A stretch of 64,000 nt of DNA from Vulcanimicrobiota bacterium (GTDB lineage Bacteria > Vulcanimicrobiota > Vulcanimicrobiia > Vulcanimicrobiales > Vulcanimicrobiaceae). Positions 49,652-59,151 of this stretch are shown piece by piece; the stretch's first letter is position 1, and the number at the start of each line of letters is the position of its first letter. A program made the position numbers and the translations under genes. The stretch is from the NCBI GenBank assembly GCA_963812155.1, contig CAWETW010000003.1:544001-608000 (forward strand). The letters run 5' to 3'. The notes beneath the pieces were generated by a model. That model saw only the letters and a list, made by a program, of their open reading frames with translations. It did no database searches and was not told where the DNA came from.

Positions 49652-51157
49652 TTGACCTCCGGCGCACCGCTGCTCGAAATGCGCGGCATCGGAAAATCCT
49701 TTCCCGGCGTACGCGCGCTCAGCGACGTCTCCCTGACGCTGTATGCCGGCGAGGTGCACGTGCTGGTGGGCGAAAACGGCGCCGGGAAGTCGACCCTTAT
49801 GAAGATTTTGGCCGGCGCGCAGCCGGCCGACGAGGGCGACATTCTCGTGGACGGCAAGCCGGCGCGAATCGACTCGCCGCACGCTGCCGAACTCCTCGGG
49901 ATCGGCATGATCTATCAGGAGTTCACGCTCGTTCCGCAGCTGACCGCACCTGAAAATATCGCGCTCGGCGACGAGCCGATGCGCGGACCGCTGCTCGACG
50001 AGCGTGCGGTGCGCGCTCGAGCCGAACGCGAGCTCGACGAACTCGGCCTCGACTTGCCGCTCGACGTCCCGGTTTCGCAGCTCTCGGTCGGTCAGCAGCA
50101 GGTCGTCGAAATCGCGAAAGCGCTCGCGCGGCACGCGCGCATCATCGTGATGGACGAACCGACCGCGGCATTGAGCGGCCGCGAGATCGAACGGCTTTTC
50201 GCCATCATCGCGCGGCTCAAAGCGGCTGGTGCCGGCATCATCTACATCTCGCATCGCATGGACGAACTCCCGCGAATCGCCGACCGCGTGACGGTGCTGC
50301 GCGACGGCCGCGCCATCGAAACGCGTCCGGCCGCCGAGTTCCCCGCCGACGAAATCGTGCGCGCGATGGTCGGGCGCCGATTGGAATCGCATTTTCCCGA
50401 TCTTCCGGCGGTGGCGCCGAACGCGCCGGTCGTTCTGGACGTGCGAGACTTGGTGCGAGAGCCCGCGGTGCACGACGTTTCGTTCATTGCGCGCGCCGGA
50501 GAGATCGTCGGACTGGCGGGCCTCGTCGGCGCCGGGCGCACGGAGATTCTTCGCGCCATCGCGGGAGCCGACGTTCCCGGCAGCGGCGAAATCCTTATCG
50601 ACGGATCGCGGATACGCGTGCGAGCACCCGAAGATGGGATCGGCGCCGGCATCGCATTCATCACCGAGGATCGTAAGGCGCAGGGGCTCGTGCTCGGAAT
50701 GACCGTTCGCGAAAACATCACGCTGGCGCATTTGGCGGAGTTCGTCGCGCGCGATCGTTTGATCGAGCGCAAGCGCGAGCGTGCCGCGGCCGAGAAGATG
50801 ATCGACGAGCTGCATATCCGCACGCCCGGCAGCGAGCAAATCGTTCGAAATCTTTCGGGCGGCAATCAGCAGAAGGTCGTCTTGGCAAAGTGGCTGCTCG
50901 GCAAGGCGCGCGTGTTTCTGTTCGACGAACCGACGCGCGGCATCGACGTCGGTGCGAAGGCGGAGATCTACGGTTTGATGCTCGACCTGGCGGCGCGCGG
51001 AGCGGCGATCGTGATGGTCTCCAGCGATTTGCCCGAGGTTTTGGGATTGTCGCACCGCATTCTGGTGATTCGCGGCGGAACGATCGTCACCGAATTTTCA
51101 CGCGCCGACGCGTCGCCGGACCGCGTGATCGCGGCCGCGACGGGAGCGGCGGCGTGA
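49652..51157 (+). CDS. Sugar ABC transporter ATP-binding protein (RbsA-like)
   Basis: GENGAGKST; MDEPT; LSGGNQQK; DEPTRGIDVGAK. Confidence 0.95.
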   Translation: MTSGAPLLEMRGIGKSFPGVRALSDVSLTLYAGEVHVLVGENGAGKSTLMKILAGAQPADEGDILVDGKPARIDSPHAAELLGIGMIYQEFTLVPQLTAPENIALGDEPMRGPLLDERAVRARAERELDELGLDLPLDVPVSQLSVGQQQVVEIAKALARHARIIVMDEPTAALSGREIERLFAIIARLKAAGAGIIYISHRMDELPRIADRVTVLRDGRAIETRPAAEFPADEIVRAMVGRRLESHFPDLPAVAPNAPVVLDVRDLVREPAVHDVSFIARAGEIVGLAGLVGAGRTEILRAIAGADVPGSGEILIDGSRIRVRAPEDGIGAGIAFITEDRKAQGLVLGMTVRENITLAHLAEFVARDRLIERKRERAAAEKMIDELHIRTPGSEQIVRNLSGGNQQKVVLAKWLLGKARVFLFDEPTRGIDVGAKAEIYGLMLDLAARGAAIVMVSSDLPEVLGLSHRILVIRGGTIVTEFSRADASPDRVIAAATGAAA

Positions 51158-52149
51158 AGCAGGGTCGCGCGTATTGGCTGCGCATCGCCGCAGCGGCACT
51201 CGGGCTCCTCGCGTTGATCGTCGTCGTCAATGTTGCCTCGCACGGCTCGTTTCTCGAGCCCGCCAACATCGTTCGCGTGTTGCGGCAGATTACGTACAAC
51301 TGCGTGCTCGGCGTCGGACAAACGTTCGTCATCATTACGGGCGGCATCGACTTGTCGGTCGGCTCGCTCGTCGCACTGACCGGGGTCGTCGCGGCGCTGG
51401 TCGCAAACACGCTGCATCTGAGCGGCTTCGCACTGATCGTCGTGACGCTGCTCGTTGCCGTCGCCGTCGGCGGCGCGGCCGGCTGGATCAACGCGCTGCC
51501 GGTCGTCAAGCTCAATCTGCCGCCGTTCATTACGACGCTCGCGATGCTCGAAATGGCGCTCGGACTCTCGTTCATTCTCGCCCACGGGCGCCCGGTCGCG
51601 CTGCATAGCACCGATTTTCAACATACCGGCATCGGTTCGTTCCTCGGCGGCGTGACCGGCGCGTTACACTTGCCGGCGATTCCCGTACCCGTCATCTGGA
51701 TGGCCGTTATCGTCATTGCGGCTTCCGTGCTGCTCACGCGTACGCGCTTCGGGCGCTACGTTTTTGCGATCGGCGGCAACGAAGAAGCGGCGCGGCTTGC
51801 CGGCATCAACGTCGTACGCGTGAAGACGCTCGTCTACGTCATCAGCGGCGTCTGCGCCGCCATCGTCGGCTTTCTCTACATGGCGCTCTTCTCGTCGGGT
51901 TCGCCGCAAACCGGCACCGGCGACGAACTCCTGGAGTCGATCGCCGCCGTCGTCGTGGGCGGCACGAGCCTCACCGGAGGACGCGGCAGCATCGTCGGCA
52001 CGTTCTTCGGCGCACTGCTCATCGGGGTGCTCTACAACGCGATGAATCTACTCAACGTCGATTCGTACTTGCAGAAGGTCGTGCTCGGCGCCGTCATTCT
52101 TCTCGCCGTCGTCCTCGACGAACTCCGCAAACGCTATCTATCGAAGTAG
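51154..52149 (+). CDS. Sugar ABC transporter permease (RbsC-like)
   Basis: GGIDLSVGS; GGNEEAARLAGI; IAAVVVGGTSL. Confidence 0.93.
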   Translation: MKQGRAYWLRIAAAALGLLALIVVVNVASHGSFLEPANIVRVLRQITYNCVLGVGQTFVIITGGIDLSVGSLVALTGVVAALVANTLHLSGFALIVVTLLVAVAVGGAAGWINALPVVKLNLPPFITTLAMLEMALGLSFILAHGRPVALHSTDFQHTGIGSFLGGVTGALHLPAIPVPVIWMAVIVIAASVLLTRTRFGRYVFAIGGNEEAARLAGINVVRVKTLVYVISGVCAAIVGFLYMALFSSGSPQTGTGDELLESIAAVVVGGTSLTGGRGSIVGTFFGALLIGVLYNAMNLLNVDSYLQKVVLGAVILLAVVLDELRKRYLSK

Positions 52150-52158
52150 CCGGCGGCA

Positions 52159-52209
52159 CTTCGACTTCCACGTGCTGCGCAGCTGCGCACGCTGCGCTCA
52201 GCGTGACAC
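52159..52209 (-). repeat. REP-like repeat, degenerate copy
   Basis: CTTCGAC..hairpin..GCTCAGCGTGACAC between convergent genes. Confidence 0.7.
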
Positions 52210-52218
52210 CAATACTTC

Positions 52219-52899
52219 CTAAAACGGGAAGTCGTTTTGGGTGAGGCCAGTATTCGTTTTTAGTTCGGTGATGCTCTGGTCGAGCACGATCTGCGAGCCG
52301 GCGTAGAGGATTTGCCGAATCGGCCAGTGCGTGGTTTGCGACAGGTACATGATTTCTTCGCTGATGCCGTCGTTGGCCGCCGGGTCGGCAACCTTCAGGT
52401 CGAGGCGATCGGTCGCGACGCCGCCGATTTTTCCGCCGGCCGCCTGCGAAAGCGTGCCGGCCGTCGTCGCGTAGCGATGCACGACGTTCTGAATCAAGCC
52501 TTCGGGAATCGTTACGCCGCGCAGCGAGACCGCCCGCGGATCGTGCACGCTCACCTTCAGGTGAATGCCCGAGAGAATACCGCCTTGATGGCCGCTCACC
52601 TGATCGCCGCCGGCCCACACGCCGCCGGAGCCCTTGCCGTCGCCGGACACGATCAGCGTCTTGGCAAAATGCGGCTTCATAAACCACACTTGATAGACGC
52701 GGTCCTGCGAGGATGTTCCCTTCGCCTCGTGCACGTGCTGTATGCACTCGTAGTCGTTGACCGCGGCGAACGCCTGCTCGAAGGCGGTAATCGCCGGGGC
52801 GGTATTCTCGGCGCGCGCGGGTACGCCGGCTCGCAGTGCGAGCGCAAAAATGACCGCGCTCGTAGCCGCAAACGTGAAAAGAACTCGCCCAGCCTGCAT
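52219..52899 (-). CDS. Secreted LolA-like fold protein
   Basis: Signal peptide; VWFMKP; MYLSQTTHWPIRQ..ELKTNTGLTQNDF. Confidence 0.6.
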   Translation of the reverse strand: MQAGRVLFTFAATSAVIFALALRAGVPARAENTAPAITAFEQAFAAVNDYECIQHVHEAKGTSSQDRVYQVWFMKPHFAKTLIVSGDGKGSGGVWAGGDQVSGHQGGILSGIHLKVSVHDPRAVSLRGVTIPEGLIQNVVHRYATTAGTLSQAAGGKIGGVATDRLDLKVADPAANDGISEEIMYLSQTTHWPIRQILYAGSQIVLDQSITELKTNTGLTQNDFPF

Positions 52900-52910
52900 G
52901 AAACCTCCGT

Positions 52911-53519
52911 CTAGATCGGCTCTTCGCCGAGAAGCGTACCGTGTTTCCCTTCGACGCCGATGAGCACGTCGCATTTTGCCTCGGCGGCGATGTCTTGAAC
53001 GGTTCCCCCGAGTCGGGCGCCGCTATATTTTCCTTCGAGATAGGAGCCGAGAATAATGAGATCGGCTTTTTCGCGCTTAGCGATGCTGAGCACCGCTTCT
53101 TTGGTCGATCGCACCTTCTCAATCTCGGTGTGGAGGGTGACGTTGCTACTATTGGCGATCGTTTCGGCCGCGCCGAGCGCGTCGAGCGCGGCGCGCTCTT
53201 CGTCGGGCATTTCGGCGTCGGGCGGCAGCGTCAGCGGCACCTCGATGACGTAGATCGCCAGCAGTTCCGAGCGCTCGCCGCGCGCGAGCTTCACGGCGAG
53301 CGCCATCATGTGGCGCGAGTTGATTTCGGGAGAAAACACGACGATGATGCTCCCGACCATGCGTTTGAGCTCGGCTCGCGTTTCGGCCGCAAGTTTCTGA
53401 ACCGAGGACTTCGGGACGTGCAGCATCCACGACAGAATCCAAACCACGCCCAGCGCGATGAACACGGCGGCGAGAATGCCGGCCGGAGCGAGGGTAAGCG
53501 TCACCGGCGTGATCGCCAT
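52911..53519 (-). CDS. Universal stress protein with N-terminal TM
   Basis: LAIYVIEVP; AKREKADLIILGS..LGGTVQDIAAEAKCDVLI. Confidence 0.85.
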   Translation of the reverse strand: MAITPVTLTLAPAGILAAVFIALGVVWILSWMLHVPKSSVQKLAAETRAELKRMVGSIIVVFSPEINSRHMMALAVKLARGERSELLAIYVIEVPLTLPPDAEMPDEERAALDALGAAETIANSSNVTLHTEIEKVRSTKEAVLSIAKREKADLIILGSYLEGKYSGARLGGTVQDIAAEAKCDVLIGVEGKHGTLLGEEPI

Positions 53520-53707
53520 CACTGCGCGGGCCCGCGACGCGTGCGCGCGATCAAGCTGAGCCGGTGAACGCCGAGCGCGATCATTGCTAGGCCTAAGACG
53601 AATCCCGGCAGACTCTCGGCGTGAAAGCCCAACGCCGCGACGCGCACGACGACGATCGCCCCGACGACCGTCATCGCAACGGCCAGGACGCCGCGAACCG
53701 CAATCAC
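53519..53707 (-). CDS. 62-aa two-TM membrane protein
   Basis: Two hydrophobic helices; start/stop overlaps with both neighbours. Confidence 0.7.
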   Translation of the reverse strand: MIAVRGVLAVAMTVVGAIVVVRVAALGFHAESLPGFVLGLAMIALGVHRLSLIARTRRGPAQ

Positions 53708-55326
53708 CCGGCGCCTCCGGCCCGAGCGCGCCGTTCGTTACTCGCCTTGACGTTGGCGATGTACTCGTCCATGAGTTCGAGTTCGCCGGCGTTGCGAAGG
53801 ATTTCGACTTGCAGTTTGCGCCATTCGCGTTTCTGCGAGCCGAACAGCGGCAGACCTCGATGGCTGCGATAGACGAAATACGCGACGATGCCGACGACGA
53901 GCCAGGTCGGGCCGGCAATCCGGCCGATCGGGTGCGTGAAGAGCGTGAAGATCAGAATCGAGACGATGCCGATGAATCCCAGCACGGCGACGATGGGGAA
54001 TTCCGCCTGCTCTCCGTTGACGCGCACCGGCACGTTGAGCGGAATCTTAAACTTGCGCGGGCTGAGCGGGTCGTAGAGCCGCAGCGCGATCAGCGCCAGG
54101 AACACGAACGAATAGCTCGTGGCAGCGCCGAACGCGTAGAGGTCGGCAAGAAAGTCGAGCCCGGTTTCGTGCCGGAAAAAGCGTCCGTACACGTCGTTCG
54201 CGCCCGGAAAAAGCGACGGAAAGGCTGCGAAGATCAGTTCGAGGATCGCGATGCCGCCGAAGGTCATGATCGAAATCATCGGCGTGCGATAACGCGGGTG
54301 AACGCGCTGGAAGATCGACGGCAAGAGATTGGAACTGCTCATCGCGTAGGCGATGCGCGAGCTGCCGAAGACGCCGGAGTTCGACGATATCAGCAGCAGC
54401 ACGGCCCCCAGCACCGGCACGTAAAACGCCGCTATCGCTCCAAAGTACGGAATTTGGCTCGCCAGAAGCGCGACCGCCTTGCCCTGGTTATCGCCGTTGT
54501 TCGGAAAGATTTGCCAGAACTGGACCGGATGGCCGTTGAGCATCTGCTGATGCCAGGGCTGGAAACCGAGCGCGAGATTCGAGTACGACAGTGCGAAGAT
54601 GAGAATCGTGAGAATCAGCGCGATCGAGGTGCGCGGAATGACCGAGGCCGGGCGCTGGGTTTCCTGGGCCGCCTGCGATATGGATTCGAGGCCGACGAAC
54701 GAGATGATCGCCAACGACGTTCCCAGCATCAACTGGTAGGGTGACGGCCAATGGAACTGCATGTTGTGCACCAGCAGCTGCGGCCGGAACGCGAACAGAA
54801 AACCGAAGCAGAGTATGCTCGTTTCGCTGACGACGTCGAGTCCCGAAACGAAGCCGTTGAACGCCGTGCTTTCGCGCACGCCGACGACGTTGAGCGCGAC
54901 CAATCCTACGATGAGCGTCAGGGTAACGAGAAAGTGCACCCAAGGATGGGTCGAGCCGGTGAGCACCGGAAGCAGCTGACTCGAATAGTCGACGCACGTC
55001 CAGGCGAAGAGCGTGATGTCGATCGTGAAATCGAGCAGCACGGTCCAGCCCGCAATGAAACCGAAGATGTCGCCCAGGCCGCGCAGGACGAAGTATTGAC
55101 CGCCTCCCGCGACCGGATACGCTGCCGCCAGTTCGGTGTACGCGAGGCCGATGCAGACGTAGACGATGCCCGCAAAGAGAAACGCGACGTTCGACGCGCC
55201 GGCCGCGGCCGCCAAAACCAGGCCCAGCCCGACGAAGATATCGGCACCGACGTCCGAGTAGCCCCATGAAAAGGAGCCCCAGGGCGTGACCGCACGGCGC
55301 AGTTGGGGTTTGCTCGCAGCCGGCAT
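53704..55326 (-). CDS. APC family permease
   Basis: YTELAAAYPVAGG; GLESISQAAQET; SRIAYAM..VHPRYRTP. Confidence 0.92.
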   Translation of the reverse strand: MPAASKPQLRRAVTPWGSFSWGYSDVGADIFVGLGLVLAAAAGASNVAFLFAGIVYVCIGLAYTELAAAYPVAGGGQYFVLRGLGDIFGFIAGWTVLLDFTIDITLFAWTCVDYSSQLLPVLTGSTHPWVHFLVTLTLIVGLVALNVVGVRESTAFNGFVSGLDVVSETSILCFGFLFAFRPQLLVHNMQFHWPSPYQLMLGTSLAIISFVGLESISQAAQETQRPASVIPRTSIALILTILIFALSYSNLALGFQPWHQQMLNGHPVQFWQIFPNNGDNQGKAVALLASQIPYFGAIAAFYVPVLGAVLLLISSNSGVFGSSRIAYAMSSSNLLPSIFQRVHPRYRTPMISIMTFGGIAILELIFAAFPSLFPGANDVYGRFFRHETGLDFLADLYAFGAATSYSFVFLALIALRLYDPLSPRKFKIPLNVPVRVNGEQAEFPIVAVLGFIGIVSILIFTLFTHPIGRIAGPTWLVVGIVAYFVYRSHRGLPLFGSQKREWRKLQVEILRNAGELELMDEYIANVKASNERRARAGGAG

Positions 55327-55341
55327 GCGCCTCCGAAGATC

Positions 55342-55686
55342 CTAAAACGCGTTCCGGTGGAGTCGTAGACGCTCGCCGTTGACCGCAACCACGTCGAAGC
55401 GTATTTTGGCCGCGGGCGCGACGACCTGCGCGTAGTCTGCGGCGGCCCGGCGAAGTGCGGCGCGTTTGCGGGCGTTGACGGCCGAGAGTGCCGATCCGAA
55501 CCGCAGCGAGTCGCGCCGCTTGACCTCCACGATCACCAGGGTCGTGCCGTCGAGACAGACGGCGTCGATTTCGCCGCCGGGCACGCGCACGTTGCGCGCG
55601 ACGATGCGGTATCCGCAGGCCTGAAGGAATGCGGCGGCGCGCTCTTCGCCGTCGCGGCCCTTCGGGACGTTAGCCGAATCCGGCAT
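55342..55686 (-). CDS. yraN: YraN family protein
   Basis: GEERAAAFL..GYRIVARN..GEID..VEVK; RFDVV. Confidence 0.9.
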   Translation of the reverse strand: MPDSANVPKGRDGEERAAAFLQACGYRIVARNVRVPGGEIDAVCLDGTTLVIVEVKRRDSLRFGSALSAVNARKRAALRRAAADYAQVVAPAAKIRFDVVAVNGERLRLHRNAF

Positions 55687-56359
55687 CGAACTCAAACGCA
55701 ATTTGTGCGTCGCGTACCCGCGCCCAGTTGGCGCGATGATGCACGCACGGCCCGAAGCGGCTCAGGGCGTCGATGTGCGCGGGCGTTGCGTATCCCTTGT
55801 GCAGCGCAAAACCGTAACGCGGATCTTCACGGTCGAGCTCGACCAGCAGCGCATCGCGATACACTTTCGCAACGATCGACGCGGCGGCGACAACGGCGCA
55901 GCGCGCGTCTCCGCGAATCAACGGTTCTTGCGGCCCGGCAAACGAGCGAATCCGGACCGCGTCGGTAATCAAGTATTCGGGATGTGCCGAAAGCGACGCG
56001 ATCGCGCGCTCCATTGCAAGCACGCTCGCCCAATAGATGTTGAGGCGGTCGATTTCGGCGACGCTTGCGACGCCGACGGCCCATGCCGACGCACGCGCTT
56101 TGATCGTTTCGGCGATTTCGAGGCGCTGCTCGGGACGCACGAGCTTCGAATCGTTGAGGCCGCGGATGAAGAGCGGCTCGCCGGCAACCACGCATGCAGC
56201 TACGACGGGACCTGCCAATGGACCGCGCCCCACTTCGTCGACGCCGCCGACGAGCGTAAAGCCGCGATCGCGCGCCGCGCTTTCGAAGCGGTGCAGGCGG
56301 TGCAGCCTGCGCCGTTCGCGCTCGTAGGCGTTCTTGGCCTTACGCTGCTTAGGCGTCAT
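55670..56359 (-). CDS. rnhB: Ribonuclease HII
   Basis: GVDEVGRGPLAGPVV; NDSK; AAASIVAKV; HKGYAT. Confidence 0.95.
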   Translation of the reverse strand: MTPKQRKAKNAYERERRRLHRLHRFESAARDRGFTLVGGVDEVGRGPLAGPVVAACVVAGEPLFIRGLNDSKLVRPEQRLEIAETIKARASAWAVGVASVAEIDRLNIYWASVLAMERAIASLSAHPEYLITDAVRIRSFAGPQEPLIRGDARCAVVAAASIVAKVYRDALLVELDREDPRYGFALHKGYATPAHIDALSRFGPCVHHRANWARVRDAQIAFEFDAGFG

Positions 56360-57155
56360 GCCCGGGCGATTCGAAAGAAATCCGTCCGAACGTGCCGTCG
56401 TCGAACGCGCTGATGTACGAACGGGCCGCATTGTGATAGTCGATCTCGCCGCCGCGGCGCATGAATCCGCGGGCGCCGGCAAACGCGGCGAGATCCGGGA
56501 CGCGCGTACGCGGCCGGTGCTCGAGCAGCCAGCCATGAAACGCGTCCACCACCTCCTCCGGGTCGTAGCGCTCGTGCGGCAACGCGCCGCAAATCGCGAG
56601 CATCCACTGCGCCTCTTTGCCGGCGATTTTCGGCACGAGGATGCCGGGGGTGTCCATCAACTCGACGCCCGGTGCCATGCGAAACCACTGCAGTTGCCGC
56701 GTGACGCCGGCGCGATTTTCGGTTTTGGCGGCGGCCCGGCGCAGCAAGCCGTTGACGATCGACGATTTTCCGGAGTTGGGAAGACCGACGACCAGCGCGC
56801 GCGCCGAACCCGTGCGCTTTTCTGCCGACCGCGCGATCGCGGCGGCGATGCGTGCGACGCTTTGCTGGGAACGGGCATCGGCGCCCAGTGCTTCGAGACC
56901 GCCTTGCGCAAACGCGCGAATCCAGGCTTTGGTCGTCGCGGGATCGGCCAGATCTTCGCGCGTCAACACGAGTACGCGGGCGCGCTTTCCAGCCAACGCG
57001 TCGAGTGCCGGGTTGCGCCCGCTGCGCGGAACTCGCGCGTCAGCGACCTCGACGACGATGTCGACGAGCTTCACGTACTCGCCAAGACGCCGCATGGCGC
57101 GTGCCATGTGGCCGGGATACCATTGAACGACGCGCTCGAGTCCGGCGGTCACCAC
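56349..57155 (-). CDS. ylqF: Ribosome biogenesis GTPase YlqF/RbgA
   Basis: WYPGHM; DARVP; GLPNSGKSS; MDTPG. Confidence 0.93.
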   Translation of the reverse strand: MVTAGLERVVQWYPGHMARAMRRLGEYVKLVDIVVEVADARVPRSGRNPALDALAGKRARVLVLTREDLADPATTKAWIRAFAQGGLEALGADARSQQSVARIAAAIARSAEKRTGSARALVVGLPNSGKSSIVNGLLRRAAAKTENRAGVTRQLQWFRMAPGVELMDTPGILVPKIAGKEAQWMLAICGALPHERYDPEEVVDAFHGWLLEHRPRTRVPDLAAFAGARGFMRRGGEIDYHNAARSYISAFDDGTFGRISFESPGHDA

Positions 57156-57161
57156 GAATTC

Positions 57162-57668
57162 CTACAGAGTGCCCACGGCCGCAGGCGGCCAGACGCCGGC
57201 CAGGGCGCGTCCGATGAGACGGTCATCCGTCACGGTTCCGAAAAAGCGCGAGTCTTCGCTGTCGGCGCGATTGTCGCCGAGCACGTAGACCGCACGTGCC
57301 GGCACGACGATTTCGGCAAAACTGCGGTCGTCGGCGAAGCGCACGTACGGTTCGCTCAGCGGCCGGCCGTCGATCGATACGGCGCCGCGATCGATGCGCA
57401 CGCGCTCGCCCGGGAGCCCGACCACGCGTTTGATGAAAATCGCTCGAGCGTCGTCGCTGCGAAACGCCACGATATCGCCGCGTTTCGGCGGCGCGAGGCG
57501 ATATGCAAACGTGTTGATCACTACGTATTCGCCGGAGGCAATGTGCGGCGCCATCGAAAGTCCCGAGACTTGCGGCATGCGCACGAAGAATGCCGCAATT
57601 AAAAGCGTGAGAATCGCCAGCTGCAATGCCAGATTCGCGAACGAGCGCCACGGCAGCGATCGGGCCAC
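57162..57668 (-). CDS. lepB: Signal peptidase I (copy 3)
   Basis: SGLSMAP; FIKRVVGLPG; GDNRADSEDSR. Confidence 0.92.
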   Translation of the reverse strand: MARSLPWRSFANLALQLAILTLLIAAFFVRMPQVSGLSMAPHIASGEYVVINTFAYRLAPPKRGDIVAFRSDDARAIFIKRVVGLPGERVRIDRGAVSIDGRPLSEPYVRFADDRSFAEIVVPARAVYVLGDNRADSEDSRFFGTVTDDRLIGRALAGVWPPAAVGTL

Positions 57669-57688
57669 GAACCGCTACGTTCGCGGCG

Positions 57689-58423
57689 TTAGAGGGTGCG
57701 GGCCTGCGACGGCGGCCAGAAGATGACGAACGCGCGGCCGGTGAAACCGGCGGCTTCGCCCGCACGCGCGCCGCTGGCGAAACGGCCGGCATCCTGCGCG
57801 AATCCCCACACGTGCGAGTCTTCAGAGTCGTTGCGGTTATCTCCGAACATCACGTAGCAGTGCGGCGGAATACGATCCGGTGCCGTCCACATCGAGCGGG
57901 GCGGAACGTTCGCGGTGCTCGAGTCGAGCTTTTCCCAGCCTGCGCCCTCGCGCACGTAGATGCCGTAATCGCGGATTTGCAGCGCGTAGTCGGGGCGCTC
58001 TGCGACGTAGGGTTCCGAGAGTGCCGTACCGTTGACGTAGACTCGGCCTCCGGCGACGCTCAAGCGATCGCCCGGAAGTCCGACGACCCGTTTGATGAAG
58101 TCGTCGGGCGTCGGAACCGGCGGCGGAAAAACGACGATGTCGCTGCGATGGGGCGGATGAAACCGGTATTCGAACTTGTCAACCAGCAACACGTCGTGTA
58201 TCTGCAGCGTCGGGAGCATCGATCCCGACGGAATGTAGTAGGTCCGGGCGACGAACGTGATCAGCACCCATGCCGCCAAGCCGGCAATGATGAAGGGATC
58301 GAGAAACTCGCGTGCCAGGGCGGTGCTGCGGCCGTTCGACCCGGCAACGACCGGACGCAGCGAGAGCACGACGCGCGTCACGGCAATGACCGCCACGATG
58401 GCGAGCAGCTCTTGAGGCGTCAC
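57689..58423 (-). CDS. lepB: Signal peptidase I (copy 2)
   Basis: IPSGSMLPTL; FIKRVVG; GDNRNDSEDSH. Confidence 0.93.
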   Translation of the reverse strand: MTPQELLAIVAVIAVTRVVLSLRPVVAGSNGRSTALAREFLDPFIIAGLAAWVLITFVARTYYIPSGSMLPTLQIHDVLLVDKFEYRFHPPHRSDIVVFPPPVPTPDDFIKRVVGLPGDRLSVAGGRVYVNGTALSEPYVAERPDYALQIRDYGIYVREGAGWEKLDSSTANVPPRSMWTAPDRIPPHCYVMFGDNRNDSEDSHVWGFAQDAGRFASGARAGEAAGFTGRAFVIFWPPSQARTL

Positions 58424-59151
58424 CGCACCACCTGCAGGCGGCTCAACGGCCAGAAAATCGCAAAAACGCGGCCGGCGAAGCCGGCGCGACGGCCGGCCAG
58501 GGGCCCTGTGGAAAACGTGCCGTTCGATTGCGCGAAGCCCCAGACGTGCGAGTCGTCGGAGTAGTTGCGATTATCGCCGAGCATCAAATAGTAACCGTCG
58601 GGAATTCGATTGGGCGCCCGCCATTGCGACCGCGGGGGGACGTTGGCGTTATGCGGATCCAGCGCGACCCCGTCGACGTAGATGCCGTAGCGCTCGATGC
58701 GCAGGTCGTAGCGCGGCGGCTGGTTTTCGTACGGTTCGCGCAACGCGATGCCGTTGCGATACACGACGCCGTCGGCGATGCGCATGGTCTCGCCGGGCGT
58801 TCCGATCACGCGCTTCACGAACTCATCGCCGTTCGACGGCACCGGCGGCGTGAAGATCGCAACGTCGCCGTCCTGTGGTGCGTGAAAGCGATAGGCGATT
58901 TCGTCCGCGATCAAGACGTCGCCGACCTTTAAGGTCGGCACCATTGAAACCGACGGAATGTAAAACGTGCGAAGAACGAAGGTGAGGAGGAAGAGTGCGG
59001 CGAGGCCGGCGACCAGCAGCGCGTCGAGATACTCGCGAACCGCCGCCACTGCGGGCGACGGCCGGTTGACCGACGTAAACGGCTTGGTCGAGAGAGCGAG
59101 TCGGGCGATGGCGAAAGCGCAGAGAAGTCCTAGAAGCTGCAGCGGCGTTAC
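58420..59151 (-). CDS. lepB: Signal peptidase I (copy 1); N-terminus paralogous to copy 2 begins at GTA 59151, first canonical start is GTG 59049
   Basis: [28 protein letters not shown]. Confidence 0.9.
   Translation of the reverse strand, partial: VTPLQLLGLLCAFAIARLALSTKPFTSVNRPSPAVAAVREYLDALLVAGLAALFLLTFVLRTFYIPSVSMVPTLKVGDVLIADEIAYRFHAPQDGDVAIFTPPVPSNGDEFVKRVIGTPGETMRIADGVVYRNGIALREPYENQPPRYDLRIERYGIYVDGVALDPHNANVPPRSQWRAPNRIPDGYYLMLGDNRNYSDDSHVWGFAQSNGTFSTGPLAGRRAGFAGRVFAIFWPLSRLQVVR

Noticed and set aside
46645..49953. Very long ORFs such as the 1102-aa, 929-aa (6051-8840), 794-aa (32578-34962) and 780-aa (15613-17955) track entries
   Set aside because: These are Arg/Ala-rich shadow frames or upstream extensions of real genes, expected at this GC content.
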